Source of the DNA: Candidatus Fervidifonticultor sextus
GTDB lineage: Bacteria; Sysuimicrobiota; Sysuimicrobiia; Sysuimicrobiales; Humicultoraceae
Assembly (NCBI GenBank): GCA_031459875.1
Contig: JAVKHQ010000006.1
Span: forward strand, 36,312-100,311
DNA: 64,000 bases
Direction of reading: 5' to 3'
Part shown: piece by piece, positions 8,027 to 17,413 of the stretch
Layout: each line of letters starts with the position of its first letter
Numbering within the stretch: the stretch's first letter is position 1
The notes under the pieces: generated by a model
Database searches by the model: none
What the model was told of the DNA's origin: nothing
Seen by the model: only the letters and a program-made list of their open reading frames with translations
Position numbers and translations under genes: made by a program

Positions 8027-9169
8027 ATGGTGGGACAGAGCAGCAACGTGCAGGTCCAGGAAGGCCTTGAAGGTGTCATCGCCGGGCAGTCGTCCATCTG
8101 CTATATCGACGGGGTCAAGGGCCGGCTGCTCTACCGCGGGTACGACGTCGCCGATCTGGCCGGGCAGGCCACTTTTGAAGAGGTCGCCTACCTCCTCTGG
8201 CACGGCGACCTGCCCACGCGCAGCGCGCTCGGCGAGCTGAAGAGCCAGCTCCTGGCCGCGGCCGACCTGCCCGGCCCGGCGGCAGACGTTCTCAAGAGGA
8301 TTCCGGTCGGCGCGCACCCGATGGCCGTGCTGCGCACGATGATTTCGGTGCTGGCCCACTTCGACCCCGATGCGGAGGACCACTCGCAGGCCGCCAACGC
8401 GCGCAAGGCCGTGCGGCTGACCGCCCAGGTCCCGGCCGTCGTGGCCGGCTTCGAGCGCACCCGGCGGGGCCAGGCGGTGGTCAGCCCGCGCCCCGACCTC
8501 AGCCACGCCGGCAACTACCTCTACATGATGCACGGCAGCCCACCCGATCCCGAGGCCGCGCGTGCCCTGGACGTGGCGCTGATCCTGCATGCCGACCATG
8601 AGTTCAACGCCAGCACTTTTGCCGCCCGCGTGACCGCGGCCACGTTGTCCGACCTCCACTCGGCGATCGTCTCGGCCGTGGGCACCCTCAAGGGGCCGCT
8701 CCACGGCGGGGCCAACGAGGAGGTCATGCGGCTGCTGGAGCGGATCGGGACCGTCGAGCGCGTCGAGCCGGTCATCGCCGAGATGCTGGCCTCCGGGAAG
8801 AAGATCCCCGGTTTCGGCCACCGGGTCTACAAGACCGAGGATCCCCGGGCGCGCTTTTTGCGCGCGCTGTCCCAGCGGATGGGCGAGCGCGCCGGCGACC
8901 TGCGCTGGTACCAGCTCACCCGGCAGGTCGAGGAGGTCACGACCGCCCGGCGGAAGATCCACCCCAATGTGGACCTCTACTCGGCGTCGTTCTACCGGGC
9001 CCTGGCCATCCCCGGGGACCTCTACACGGCGACCTTCGCCGTCAGCCGGATCGCCGGCTGGACGGCCCACGTGCTGGAGCAGTACGCGGACAACCGTCTG
9101 ATCCGGCCGCTGTCGGAGTACGTCGGGCCACAGGACCGCCGGTACGTGCCCCTCGAGGCGCGCGGGTAG
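8027..9169 (+). CDS. Citrate synthase / 2-methylcitrate synthase (short dimeric type)
   Basis: GLEGVIAG, LHADHEFNASTF, GPLHGGAN, GFGHRVYK..DPR, PNVDLYS. Confidence 0.95.
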   Translation: MVGQSSNVQVQEGLEGVIAGQSSICYIDGVKGRLLYRGYDVADLAGQATFEEVAYLLWHGDLPTRSALGELKSQLLAAADLPGPAADVLKRIPVGAHPMAVLRTMISVLAHFDPDAEDHSQAANARKAVRLTAQVPAVVAGFERTRRGQAVVSPRPDLSHAGNYLYMMHGSPPDPEAARALDVALILHADHEFNASTFAARVTAATLSDLHSAIVSAVGTLKGPLHGGANEEVMRLLERIGTVERVEPVIAEMLASGKKIPGFGHRVYKTEDPRARFLRALSQRMGERAGDLRWYQLTRQVEEVTTARRKIHPNVDLYSASFYRALAIPGDLYTATFAVSRIAGWTAHVLEQYADNRLIRPLSEYVGPQDRRYVPLEARG

Positions 9170-9206
9170 CGGCGAGGGGCCTCCCGCAGTCTGACGCCGG
9201 GTCGGG

Positions 9207-9995
9207 CTACGACCCCAGCAGGAACTCCCGCACTGCCCGGTTGAACGCCTCGGGCACTTCGAGGTTGCTCAGGTGCCCGGCGTCGGGAATCCGGACTAGC
9301 CGTGCGTTCGGCATCGCGGCGACCATGGCCTCGGAGGCCTCCGGGGGTGTCAGCACATCCTCTTCGCCCACCACGACGAGCGCCGGGATCGCCACCGCGC
9401 TCAGCAGAGGCCGGCTGTCGGGCCGCGTGGCCAGCGCCGACAGCGCGGCGGTCAGGCTGCGGGGATCGGGCGACCCGATGATCTGCCGGACGGTCGAGAC
9501 GACCCCCGGCCGCTGCGTCTTCGTCGTCGGCCCCACCAGTTGCTGCAGCAGGTCGTGCAGGAATCCCTCCGGGCCTTCCTTCTCGATGCGCGCTATCGCC
9601 GCCTGGCGCCGCTGCCGGGCTTCCTCGGAATCCGGCTCGGCCCGTGTGTCGGCGAGGATCAACGCGCTGACCCGGTCGGCCGCCCTGGCCAGGATCCGGA
9701 AGGCGATGTAGCCGCCGATGGAGCAGCCTCCGAGGACGACGCGCCTGTGTCCCAGCACGTCGAGGAGGCCCAGGAGGTCCTGTGCGCAGTCATCCAATGT
9801 GAACGGACCCCCGGGGACGTCGGACTCACCGAAGCCCCGCAGGTCCGGGGTGATGACCGTGAACCGGTCGCGCAACACCCCTACCTGCGGCCGCCACATC
9901 TGGCGGTTCAGCGGGAAGGCGTGCAGCAAGACCAGCGGCGGACCGTCCCCGTCGAGGCCGTAGCCGAGCCTGGTCCCTGAGATCTCGACATGCAT
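9207..9995 (-). CDS. Alpha/beta hydrolase (PcaD-like)
   Basis: LLHAFPLN, PDLRGFGES, GCSIGG nucleophile elbow, GEED, AGHLSNLE. Confidence 0.9.
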   Translation of the reverse strand: MHVEISGTRLGYGLDGDGPPLVLLHAFPLNRQMWRPQVGVLRDRFTVITPDLRGFGESDVPGGPFTLDDCAQDLLGLLDVLGHRRVVLGGCSIGGYIAFRILARAADRVSALILADTRAEPDSEEARQRRQAAIARIEKEGPEGFLHDLLQQLVGPTTKTQRPGVVSTVRQIIGSPDPRSLTAALSALATRPDSRPLLSAVAIPALVVVGEEDVLTPPEASEAMVAAMPNARLVRIPDAGHLSNLEVPEAFNRAVREFLLGS

Positions 9996-10154
9996 GCTAA
10001 ATCCTCCCCGTGCCCTTTCTGATAGCGTATTTCCCCCCGCTCATATTCCCGGAGGCGCCGCAAGGATTGCGTCTCGCCCCAGTTAGTGTGCCCTCGATAC
10101 GCGCCGGCCCGCCCCCGCGGCATCCTGTGGGCACTCGATGCCTGGGGGTGCGTC

Positions 10155-10877
10155 GTGGAGCAGGAGGCGAAGGTCGAGGCGTATCTTCCGCTGGTGGGCG
10201 CCATTGCGCGCGCCCTCAGCCGCGGGCTGCCGTCCGTCGTGGAGATGGACGACCTGATCCACGACGGGGTCATCGGGCTCATCCGTGCCCTGCGCCGCTA
10301 CGACCCGGACCGGGGCGTGGGGTTCCCCACGTATGCCGGCCACCGGATCCGGGGGGCCATGCTCGATGGACTCCGGGAGCGCGACCCGCTCCCCAGATCG
10401 GTCCGCCGGAGGCAGAAGCAATCGGACGAGAGCGATCCAGGTCTCAGGACCCGCGGGATCCACTTCCTGGACCTCGCCGAGGCGCTGACCGTGCCTGCCG
10501 ATGAGACGAGCAGCCCGGAGGCGGTGGTGCTGGAGGATGACTTGCGGCGCCAGGTCCGCGCCGGTCTGGCCGCCCTCCCGCCCAGAGACCGGCAGGTGCT
10601 CGTGCTGCGGATGGTGCAAGGGTTGCCGCTGCGGGTTGTGGCCGGGCACCTCTCTCTTTCGATCACCCGCACGGCTGAGATCCAGGCTCGGGGCTTGACG
10701 CGGCTCCGACGCTTCCTGGAAGGCCAACCGATGATCCGGCCTCGCCGGCCGGCACCGGCGACTGTCCCGCTCCACCCTCCGCTCCGGCAGGAGGAACGCC
10801 GGCGCGCCGCGAATCGAATGCCCACCTCCGCCGGCCCACCCATTCCTGACCGGCCCCGGCCAGACGCAACTGGGTGA
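10155..10877 (+). CDS. FliA/WhiG-like sigma factor, shortened (regions 2 and 4)
   Basis: YLPLV..DDLIHDGVIGL..YDPDRG..TYAGHRIRGAMLDGLR..LPRSVR (FliA-like region 2); LPPRDRQVLVL..IQARGLTRLR (region 4); GTG 10155 after GGGGGTG (ORF open from 10086). Confidence 0.85.
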   Translation: MEQEAKVEAYLPLVGAIARALSRGLPSVVEMDDLIHDGVIGLIRALRRYDPDRGVGFPTYAGHRIRGAMLDGLRERDPLPRSVRRRQKQSDESDPGLRTRGIHFLDLAEALTVPADETSSPEAVVLEDDLRRQVRAGLAALPPRDRQVLVLRMVQGLPLRVVAGHLSLSITRTAEIQARGLTRLRRFLEGQPMIRPRRPAPATVPLHPPLRQEERRRAANRMPTSAGPPIPDRPRPDATG

Positions 10878-10981
10878 CCGGGCAGGCGGCAGGTCCCCGC
10901 CCGGATCGCCAAGATTGCGACGAGGTGCCATCTGGCGCACGCGCCCCGATGGGGGCGGCGCGCTGTGAGGCAGGAGGTGGC

Positions 10982-11677
10982 ATGGACATCCACCAGCCGC
11001 GCGCCGTCGGGAGGAGCCGGCAGAGGACCCTCCGGCTCCTCCCGTTCCTTCACACGCGCGCGCAGGTCCACCTGGTCGCCAACGTCTTGAGTCTGGTAGC
11101 CTCCCTCCTGCGGCGTCACCCGAGGGCGGCCGAAGACCTGCTGGCCCACATGGGGGACTACCTGCGCAGCCGGCTCGTTCCGCCTCAGGCGTTGGTGCCG
11201 CTGGCCGACGAACTGGACCTCGTGCTGGTGTTTGTAGGTGTGGAGCGGGCGCGGCTTGGCGGCAGGCTGCGCCTCGAGGTGGCGTGCCACCCCGAGGCCC
11301 GCCCGGCGCTCCTCCCGCCGCTGGTGCTGCAGGCGCTAGTCGAGAACGCCGTCAGGCACGGCATCGCGCGCCGGGTGACCGGAGGACGGTTGAGGATCTG
11401 CGCACGGATGAAGGGCCGCTACCTCCATGTCTGCGTCAGTGACGACGGTGTCGGGTTGCGGCGTCCCCCTCCGGCCGGTGCCGCGGGATGGGGGCTGGCC
11501 ACGACCCGGCTGCGCCTGGCCGCGTTGTGGGGTTCGGAGGCCCATCTGCGCGTGCTCAGCCGCGCCGGGCGGGGGACGATTGCGGCGATCAGCGTGCCGG
11601 CGACCTTTGCATCCCCCCCAGGCGGGCGCCTATCTCCGGCGCCTGGCCGGCCGGGTTCGCCTCTGGCGGGGCGGTGA
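10982..11677 (+). CDS. LytS/YehU-type histidine kinase core without a sensor or TM region
   Basis: VPLADELDLV..ERARLGGRL, LPPLVLQALVENAVRHG (N box), VSDDGVG (G1), GWGL (G2); ATG after AGGAGGT. Confidence 0.8.
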   Translation: MDIHQPRAVGRSRQRTLRLLPFLHTRAQVHLVANVLSLVASLLRRHPRAAEDLLAHMGDYLRSRLVPPQALVPLADELDLVLVFVGVERARLGGRLRLEVACHPEARPALLPPLVLQALVENAVRHGIARRVTGGRLRICARMKGRYLHVCVSDDGVGLRRPPPAGAAGWGLATTRLRLAALWGSEAHLRVLSRAGRGTIAAISVPATFASPPGGRLSPAPGRPGSPLAGR

Positions 11678-11682
11678 GCCGG

Positions 11683-12579
11683 ATGAGGGGCCGGCCCGGC
11701 GTCCTGCGCGCGGTCATCGCCGATGACGAAGCCGGCGCCCTGCGGCACCTGCGCACCTTGCTCGATGCCTGTCAGGTGCAGACGCTGGCCGAGTGCGCGA
11801 CGGGCGGTGAGGTCCTGGAGGCGGTGGGCCGGCTCCGGCCGGATTTCGTCTGCCTCGACATCCTCATGCCGGAGATCGACGGCCTCCAGGTCGCCCGGGA
11901 TCTGCGGCCCGGCGTGACCGTGGTCTTCACGACAGGCTACGCCGACTACGCGGTGCCGGCGTTCGACCTCGACGCCGCCGACTACCTGCTCAAGCCGCTT
12001 TCGGCGGCCCGTGTGGGCGAGGCGGTGCGGCGCGTGCGCGCGAGGCTTTGGCGCCTGCGTAGTGAGGAAAACCCGCGAAGCGAGAACGCCCTACGCGGTG
12101 AGGGTGCCGCCACCCCGGCCGGCGCTGGCGTCGCGGTCCCCAGGGTCGTTATCCCGGCCACCGACCACTGTCCGGCCCTGGCCCCGGAAGCCATCCGCTT
12201 CATCGAGGCCCGCGCGGGTGCGAGCGTGATCCACGCGGACGGCGGGACCTACCGGGTCCGGGCGCCGCTCGACCGCCTCGATCACCTTCTGGCCCCCTGC
12301 GGCTTCCTGCGCACCCACCGGGCGTACCTCGTCAACCTTCGGAGGATCCGCGCGCTCGTCCCATGGTCCCGGCATGTGCACAGCCTCCTGCTGGACGGTG
12401 GGGAGGAGACCCACGTCCCGGTCGCCAAGTCACGTCTGGCCGCATTCCGCCGCAGCGTGATCTGGATTCCGCAGACAGGAGGACGGCGCAGTGGATCTGG
12501 GACTGCAGGGGAAGGTAGCCATCGTTTCGGGCGCGAGCCGGGGCCTGGGCCGCGCGATCGCCGAGGGGCTGGCGGGTGA
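11683..12579 (+). CDS. LytTR-family response regulator
   Basis: IADDE, CLDILMPEIDG, FTTGY, DYLLKP receiver domain; FLRTHRAYLVN..VPVAKSR LytTR domain. Confidence 0.9.
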   Translation: MRGRPGVLRAVIADDEAGALRHLRTLLDACQVQTLAECATGGEVLEAVGRLRPDFVCLDILMPEIDGLQVARDLRPGVTVVFTTGYADYAVPAFDLDAADYLLKPLSAARVGEAVRRVRARLWRLRSEENPRSENALRGEGAATPAGAGVAVPRVVIPATDHCPALAPEAIRFIEARAGASVIHADGGTYRVRAPLDRLDHLLAPCGFLRTHRAYLVNLRRIRALVPWSRHVHSLLLDGGEETHVPVAKSRLAAFRRSVIWIPQTGGRRSGSGTAGEGSHRFGREPGPGPRDRRGAGG

Positions 12580-13300
12580 GGGCGCGCGGGTCGTCATCTG
12601 CGCGCGCACCGAGGAGGCCGTCCGCGCCACCGCCGACGAGATCGCCCGCCAGGCCCGCGTCGTCGCTGCCGGCGGGGAGGTGCTGCCCGCGTGCGCCGAC
12701 GTCGGCCGGGCAGCCGACATCGATCGTCTGGTCGGCCAGACCATGGAGCGGTGGGGGCGCGTGGATATTCTGGTCACCAATGCCGGCGGACCACCGTCCG
12801 GTCCCGCAGTCGGGCTGACCGACGGCCAGTGGGAGGCTGCGGTCGAGGGGTTGCTGATGTCGGCGGTGCGGCTGTCCCGCGCGGTGATCCCCTATATGCA
12901 GCAGCAGCGCTGGGGGCGGATCCTCCACGTCACCTCGTTCACCGTTAAGCAGCCGCTGGCCAGCCTGGCGCTGTCCAATGCCGTCCGCCTGGCGGTGGTC
13001 GGGCTGGCCAAGACCCAGGCCCTGGAACTGGCGCCCTACAATATTCTGGTCAACACGCTCTGCCCCGGGCCGATCGCCACCGACCGCCTGGCCGACCTTA
13101 CCCGACAGTATGCCGAGCGCGACGGGATCACCTTCGAGGAGGCGGAGCGCCGTCTGTGGCTCTCCCAGATTCCGCTGGGGCGGCTGGGCCACCCGGCCGA
13201 GTTTGCCAACTTGGCCGTGTTTCTGGCCTCCGAGCGCGCCAGTTTCATCACCGGAGGGACGTTTCAGGTGGACGGCGGCGCGGTCCGCGGGCCATTGTAG
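12491..13300 (+). CDS. SDR-family oxidoreductase
   Basis: SGASRGLG, NAGGPP, SNAVR (atypical YxxxK), PGPIATDR. Confidence 0.92.
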   Translation: MDLGLQGKVAIVSGASRGLGRAIAEGLAGEGARVVICARTEEAVRATADEIARQARVVAAGGEVLPACADVGRAADIDRLVGQTMERWGRVDILVTNAGGPPSGPAVGLTDGQWEAAVEGLLMSAVRLSRAVIPYMQQQRWGRILHVTSFTVKQPLASLALSNAVRLAVVGLAKTQALELAPYNILVNTLCPGPIATDRLADLTRQYAERDGITFEEAERRLWLSQIPLGRLGHPAEFANLAVFLASERASFITGGTFQVDGGAVRGPL

Positions 13301-13388
13301 GCCGCCGGCCCCCGCGGTGACCTGAGGCTCGGGCGGCATCGGCCGCAATCGGCGGCGGTGAGAACAGGAAAGGACGGCTTGCGCGCAC

Positions 13389-13511
13389 ATGGGGCGACTT
13401 CGCGACGTCTATTACAGGCTCCGGGCAGATGAGCGGCTCGAGTGGCTGGTCGTCGGCAGCGTAGTGGGCATGATCCTCCTGGTCCTCATCCTGCGCTGGC
13501 TCCCCCGCTGA
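13389..13511 (+). CDS. Putative 40-aa single-TM small protein (below the ORF-track cutoff)
   Basis: MGRLRDVYYRLRADERLEWLVVGSVVGMILLVLILRWLPR*; purine-rich AGGAAAGGA upstream; fills the SDR-tRNA gap. Confidence 0.5.
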   Translation: MGRLRDVYYRLRADERLEWLVVGSVVGMILLVLILRWLPR

Positions 13512-13579
13512 TGGCCAGGATGGGGCGGGTTCGCCGATCCGGCTGCTCGGACAGGCGTGGTATACTACGGGAGGCCGTC

Positions 13580-13657
13580 GCCCCCATCGTCTAGGCAGGC
13601 CCAGGACACCGGTCTTTCAAGCCGGCAACGCGGGTTCGAATCCCGCTGGGGGCACCA
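13580..13657 (+). tRNA. tRNA-Glu (TTC)
   Basis: GCCCCCA/TGGGGGC acceptor stem, CCGGT-CT TTC AA-GCCGG anticodon arm, GGTTCGAATCC, encoded CCA; TGgTATACT extended -10 at 13558-13566. Confidence 0.97.
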
Positions 13658-13762
13658 CCCGTCCGCCCATCTAGATGTCTGCGTAGCCCTGCTTTAGCCT
13701 GCGGCCCATCCGACCCTGACTCGCTGGTCTACAGGAAACGGGTGGGCCCGCAAAATTGAGTA

Positions 13763-13791
13763 TTGCATTCTGCATTAGAATTTTGTATTCT
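13763..13791 (+). promoter_or_regulatory. Promoter/operator of the GntR-led operon
   Basis: TTGCAT - 17 nt - TATTCT in an AT-rich patch; overlapping inverted repeat ATTCT-GCATT-AGAAT. Confidence 0.55.
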
Positions 13792-13801
13792 CCATAACAC
13801 A

Positions 13802-14584
13802 ATGCAGCCAGACTACACGGTACGCCTCCAGGCGGTAACTCGCCGGAATCTCTACGAAGAAGTCCACCGGCGGCTTCGCGAGGCTATCCTGGCAGGCGAG
13901 TTGCCGGCCGGCGAGCGAGTGCACGAGAGCCAGCTGGCTCAGCGTCTCGGTGTGAGCCGGACGCCGGTCAGGGAGTCGGTGCTCAAGCTCGAGCGCGAGG
14001 GGCTCGTCTACCGCGACTCACGCTCGGGATTCGTGATCTACCCGATTACCAAACGCGATATCGCCGATGCCTACGCCTGCCGCAGCGCAGTTGATGCCCT
14101 GGTGGTGTCCAGGGTGGTGGAGGTCGCCACGCCTGCACAGCTGGACAGCCTCGAGGCGGCCCTGACCGCCACCCGAGGTTTCCTGAAACAGGAAGACGTC
14201 CGCGCCGTCATGCGCTGCAACTCGGAGTTTCACGACCTGCTGGTCCAGATAGCCGGGAGTCATATCTTTCGGACTCTGCATCGCCAAGTCTGGACCTTCA
14301 TTGAGCGGTATCGGTTTGCAGCGTTGGCGCTGTTCTCCGAGAGCCCGGGGTCTCTGGAGCGATATCTGCAGTTGCTGCACAGCGTCCTGCAGGACCACGA
14401 GGCGCTGCTGGCGGCCCTGCGCACTCGGGACGCCCAGAGAGCGCGTACCATCGCCGAGCGCCACGGGGAGGCGACGGCGGCCGGGGTAATGCAGTGCATT
14501 GCGACGCTCGACGACTACCTGCAGCCTGTCCCTTCAGCCGGTCGGCCCGGGGAGAGCCATTACAGAGGAGGCATCAGGACCTGA
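13802..14584 (+). CDS. GntR (FCD/FadR-type) transcriptional regulator
   Basis: LAQRLGVSRTPVRE wHTH; NSEFHDLL and HEALLAAL FCD motifs. Confidence 0.93.
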   Translation: MQPDYTVRLQAVTRRNLYEEVHRRLREAILAGELPAGERVHESQLAQRLGVSRTPVRESVLKLEREGLVYRDSRSGFVIYPITKRDIADAYACRSAVDALVVSRVVEVATPAQLDSLEAALTATRGFLKQEDVRAVMRCNSEFHDLLVQIAGSHIFRTLHRQVWTFIERYRFAALALFSESPGSLERYLQLLHSVLQDHEALLAALRTRDAQRARTIAERHGEATAAGVMQCIATLDDYLQPVPSAGRPGESHYRGGIRT

Positions 14585-14600
14585 TTGGGGGGAGAGTGCG

Positions 14601-15644
14601 ATGAAGCGGCGCGCAGCTACTGTAGTGGTCATAATCGTGTTAGCCGGTGGTCTGCTGCCTCTGGCCAGAGCGGGTGCTGTCCGGGAGCTCGTGGTCAATG
14701 CCTACGGGGGTGAGTACGAGGAGATCATCAAGGCAACGATCCTCCGGCCCTTTGAACAGACACGCAATGTCCGGATCGTCTACGATCCCACCGGTTCCGC
14801 CTCCGCGGACTTCGCCAAGATCCGCGCCACCCGAGGTGATCCGGGCTGGGACGTGGTGGTGATGACGGCGCCCGAGAGCCTCATCGGGTGCCAGCTCGCG
14901 CTGCTGGAGAGGCTCTCTGAGGATCGGGTCCCCAATCAGAAGTTCATCTACCACGAGGTGCGGAATGGTGCCGGTCCCTGCGGGGCGGTCCAGGAGCTGC
15001 AGTACATGTCCCTCATGTACAATACCAGGAACGTCACCCCTCCCCCGACGTCGTGGCGGATCTTGTGGGATGCGAAGTACAAGGGGCGCATCATCGTGCC
15101 TGACATCGGGAACATCCTGGCCGTCTACCTCCTCTTCATGGCCGCATATATGAACGGGGGAGATCAGCACAATCTCGAACCCGGCTGGGCTCAGATCGCT
15201 GCGCTCCGGGATAACGCCCTGGCAGTAATCGAATCCTCGGCGGACATGGTGCCGTACTTCGAGCGTGGCCAAGCTTGGTTGCTGCCCTACTGGGATGGAC
15301 GAGCACACTACTACAAGAACCGGGGCCTGCCCGTTGACTTCCTCATCCCCAAAGAAGGGACCGTGGGGCTTGTCAATACCCTCAATGTGCCGGTGGGGGC
15401 CAAGAACAAAGAGCTCGCATATGAGTTCATCAATTTCTGGCTCAGCAAAGAGATGCAAGAGAAGTGGGCTCAGGCCTACACGGTGGGGACCGCGCGTGTT
15501 GACACCGTGCTCCCACCCGAGCACAGTCAGCGTCATGTGACGTCGATCCGGCAGCTGAAGACCCTCAAGATTCCCGACTTCCTCTACATCGGGCAAAAGC
15601 GTTCCGAGTGGGCTGAGCGCTGGAAGAAGATTATGGTTCGGTAG
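14601..15644 (+). CDS. ABC substrate-binding protein (PotD/PotF family)
   Basis: Signal peptide, NAYGG, PPTSWRILWDAKYKGRI, IPKEG, LAYEFINFWLS. Confidence 0.9.
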   Translation: MKRRAATVVVIIVLAGGLLPLARAGAVRELVVNAYGGEYEEIIKATILRPFEQTRNVRIVYDPTGSASADFAKIRATRGDPGWDVVVMTAPESLIGCQLALLERLSEDRVPNQKFIYHEVRNGAGPCGAVQELQYMSLMYNTRNVTPPPTSWRILWDAKYKGRIIVPDIGNILAVYLLFMAAYMNGGDQHNLEPGWAQIAALRDNALAVIESSADMVPYFERGQAWLLPYWDGRAHYYKNRGLPVDFLIPKEGTVGLVNTLNVPVGAKNKELAYEFINFWLSKEMQEKWAQAYTVGTARVDTVLPPEHSQRHVTSIRQLKTLKIPDFLYIGQKRSEWAERWKKIMVR

Positions 15645-15696
15645 GGCACGAGCCCTGTAGCAACGCCCTCTTCGGGGTGTCGGGAGGATCACACCC

Positions 15697-16590
15697 GTGA
15701 CGGGAACTCATGATGCGCTGGCTATGCCCGCGGCGGTGGTTCCCCGCAGGAGTGTTCCTGGATACCTGCCTCTGGTCCTACCGCCTGTTGCCTACCTGGT
15801 GATCATCTTCGTCATTCCCCTGGCGTTGCTCGCTGTCTTGAGCCTCCTGCGCCATGAGGCCGGGCTGATCGTCAACCAGCTTACCCTGGAGAACTACGCG
15901 AAGTTGCTGGGGGACACTTATTACGTGCGTGTGATCTACCGTACGCTGGGGACGTCGCTGGCCGTGGCTTTTTTCGTGACGTTCCTCAGCTATCCGGTGG
16001 CCTACTTCCTGACCAGGACGCGCACCACGTGGAAACCGGTGCTGGTGGCCCTGGTGCTGGCTCCGGAGTTGTCGGGGGTCGTGCTGCGCACCTACGGATG
16101 GCTCGTGATCCTAGAGCCCGAGGGTCTGCTCAATACGGTCTTGCAGCGCCTGGGCCTGCTGGATGCTCCCCTGAAGCTGGTCCACAATTACGCGGCGGTC
16201 ACCATCGGGCTGACCCATGTTCTGCTCACCTTTGGTGTGTTCACCGTCATGGCGTCGCTGCAGGCCATGGATCCAACACTGGAACTGGCCGCGCAGAATT
16301 TGGGGGCGAACCGCGTACAGACCTTTCTGCGGATCACACTGCCGTTGACCCTGCCCGGGATTTTGGGCTCCTTCTTCTTGGCGTTCGCCCTGGCGGCTGG
16401 CGCCTACGCGACCCCTGCGATCCTGGGTGGCAAGACCGTTGAGGTCATGTCCACCCTAATCTACACCCAACTGCTCTACATCTTGAACTGGCCGCTGGCG
16501 TCGGCGGCAGCGGTCATCCTGCTGGTGATCGTTCTGACGACGCTCATGCTGTTGGGCCGGTTTGGCGCCCGGCGTGGGGCGGTTCTGTGA
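15697..16590 (+). CDS. ABC permease (PotB-like)
   Basis: EAA-like loop LELAAQNLGA..ITLPLTLPG; TPAILGG. Confidence 0.92.
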   Translation: MTGTHDALAMPAAVVPRRSVPGYLPLVLPPVAYLVIIFVIPLALLAVLSLLRHEAGLIVNQLTLENYAKLLGDTYYVRVIYRTLGTSLAVAFFVTFLSYPVAYFLTRTRTTWKPVLVALVLAPELSGVVLRTYGWLVILEPEGLLNTVLQRLGLLDAPLKLVHNYAAVTIGLTHVLLTFGVFTVMASLQAMDPTLELAAQNLGANRVQTFLRITLPLTLPGILGSFFLAFALAAGAYATPAILGGKTVEVMSTLIYTQLLYILNWPLASAAAVILLVIVLTTLMLLGRFGARRGAVL

Positions 16591-17411
16591 GGATGCCCGT
16601 GCAGCGGATGATCAAGCGGGCGCTGCCACGGGCGGCCTTCACGCTGGTTGTGATGGCGATTTACGCCTTCATGTTCCTCCCCATCGCCGTGGTCCTGGTG
16701 ACCTCCGTGGGTGCATCGCGGTATTTGGAGTTCCCGCCGCGCGCCCTCAGCCTGCGGTGGTATCAGGCGGTATTGGTGAAGGATTGGATCGAGCCCGCCA
16801 GGGTGAGCTTCAATCTGGCGCTGGTGTCAGCCGCCATCGCCACCCTCTTGGGGTCGGCAGGTGCTTTCGCCATCGTGCGGCACCGGTTCCTGGGACGGGA
16901 TGCGATCGCGGCGTTGCTTCACTCTCCGCTGGCAATCCCGTCCATTGTCGCGGGGGTTGCTATTCTGCAGTTCTTTACCGTCGTGGGCGCCAAGTGGCTG
17001 CTGGGGTTTCCGGCCTTGCTGTTGGCCCATGCAATGGAGACCATCCCCTTCGTCACTCGCACCGTCTCCGTAAGCCTGCTGGGGGTAGATCGTACCTTGG
17101 AGCAGGCGGCCATGAACCTAGGGGCGCGGCGCTGGCAGACGCTGCGACATGTGACCCTGCCGCTCATCAAGCCGGGATTGTTCGCGGGGGCGGCTTTCGC
17201 CTTCGTCATCTCCTTCAACAACGTGAACCTTTCCCTCTTTCTCGTCCGTCCGGGTGTCATCACCCTGCCCATCCGGATCATGAACTTCCTGGAGTTTGGC
17301 GTGGCGCCGGTTCTGGCCGCGGTGAACATTCTCTCCCTGGCCGCCGTGCTGGTGGTGGTCGCAGTGGCCGAGCGCGTGGGCGGCTTCACGAAGTTCCTGT
17401 ACGGGCAGTAG
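16587..17411 (+). CDS. ABC permease (PotC-like)
   Basis: FPP..SLRWY, LEQAAMNLGA, FVISFNN, TLPI. Confidence 0.92.
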   Translation: MRMPVQRMIKRALPRAAFTLVVMAIYAFMFLPIAVVLVTSVGASRYLEFPPRALSLRWYQAVLVKDWIEPARVSFNLALVSAAIATLLGSAGAFAIVRHRFLGRDAIAALLHSPLAIPSIVAGVAILQFFTVVGAKWLLGFPALLLAHAMETIPFVTRTVSVSLLGVDRTLEQAAMNLGARRWQTLRHVTLPLIKPGLFAGAAFAFVISFNNVNLSLFLVRPGVITLPIRIMNFLEFGVAPVLAAVNILSLAAVLVVVAVAERVGGFTKFLYGQ

Positions 17412-17413
17412 AG

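Noticed and set aside
8027..9169. Linking citrate synthase with the MmgE/PrpD genes as a methylcitrate cycle
   Set aside because: More than 10 kb apart, different compositional context, no prpB, and the PrpD-family genes sit inside the opine-type operon
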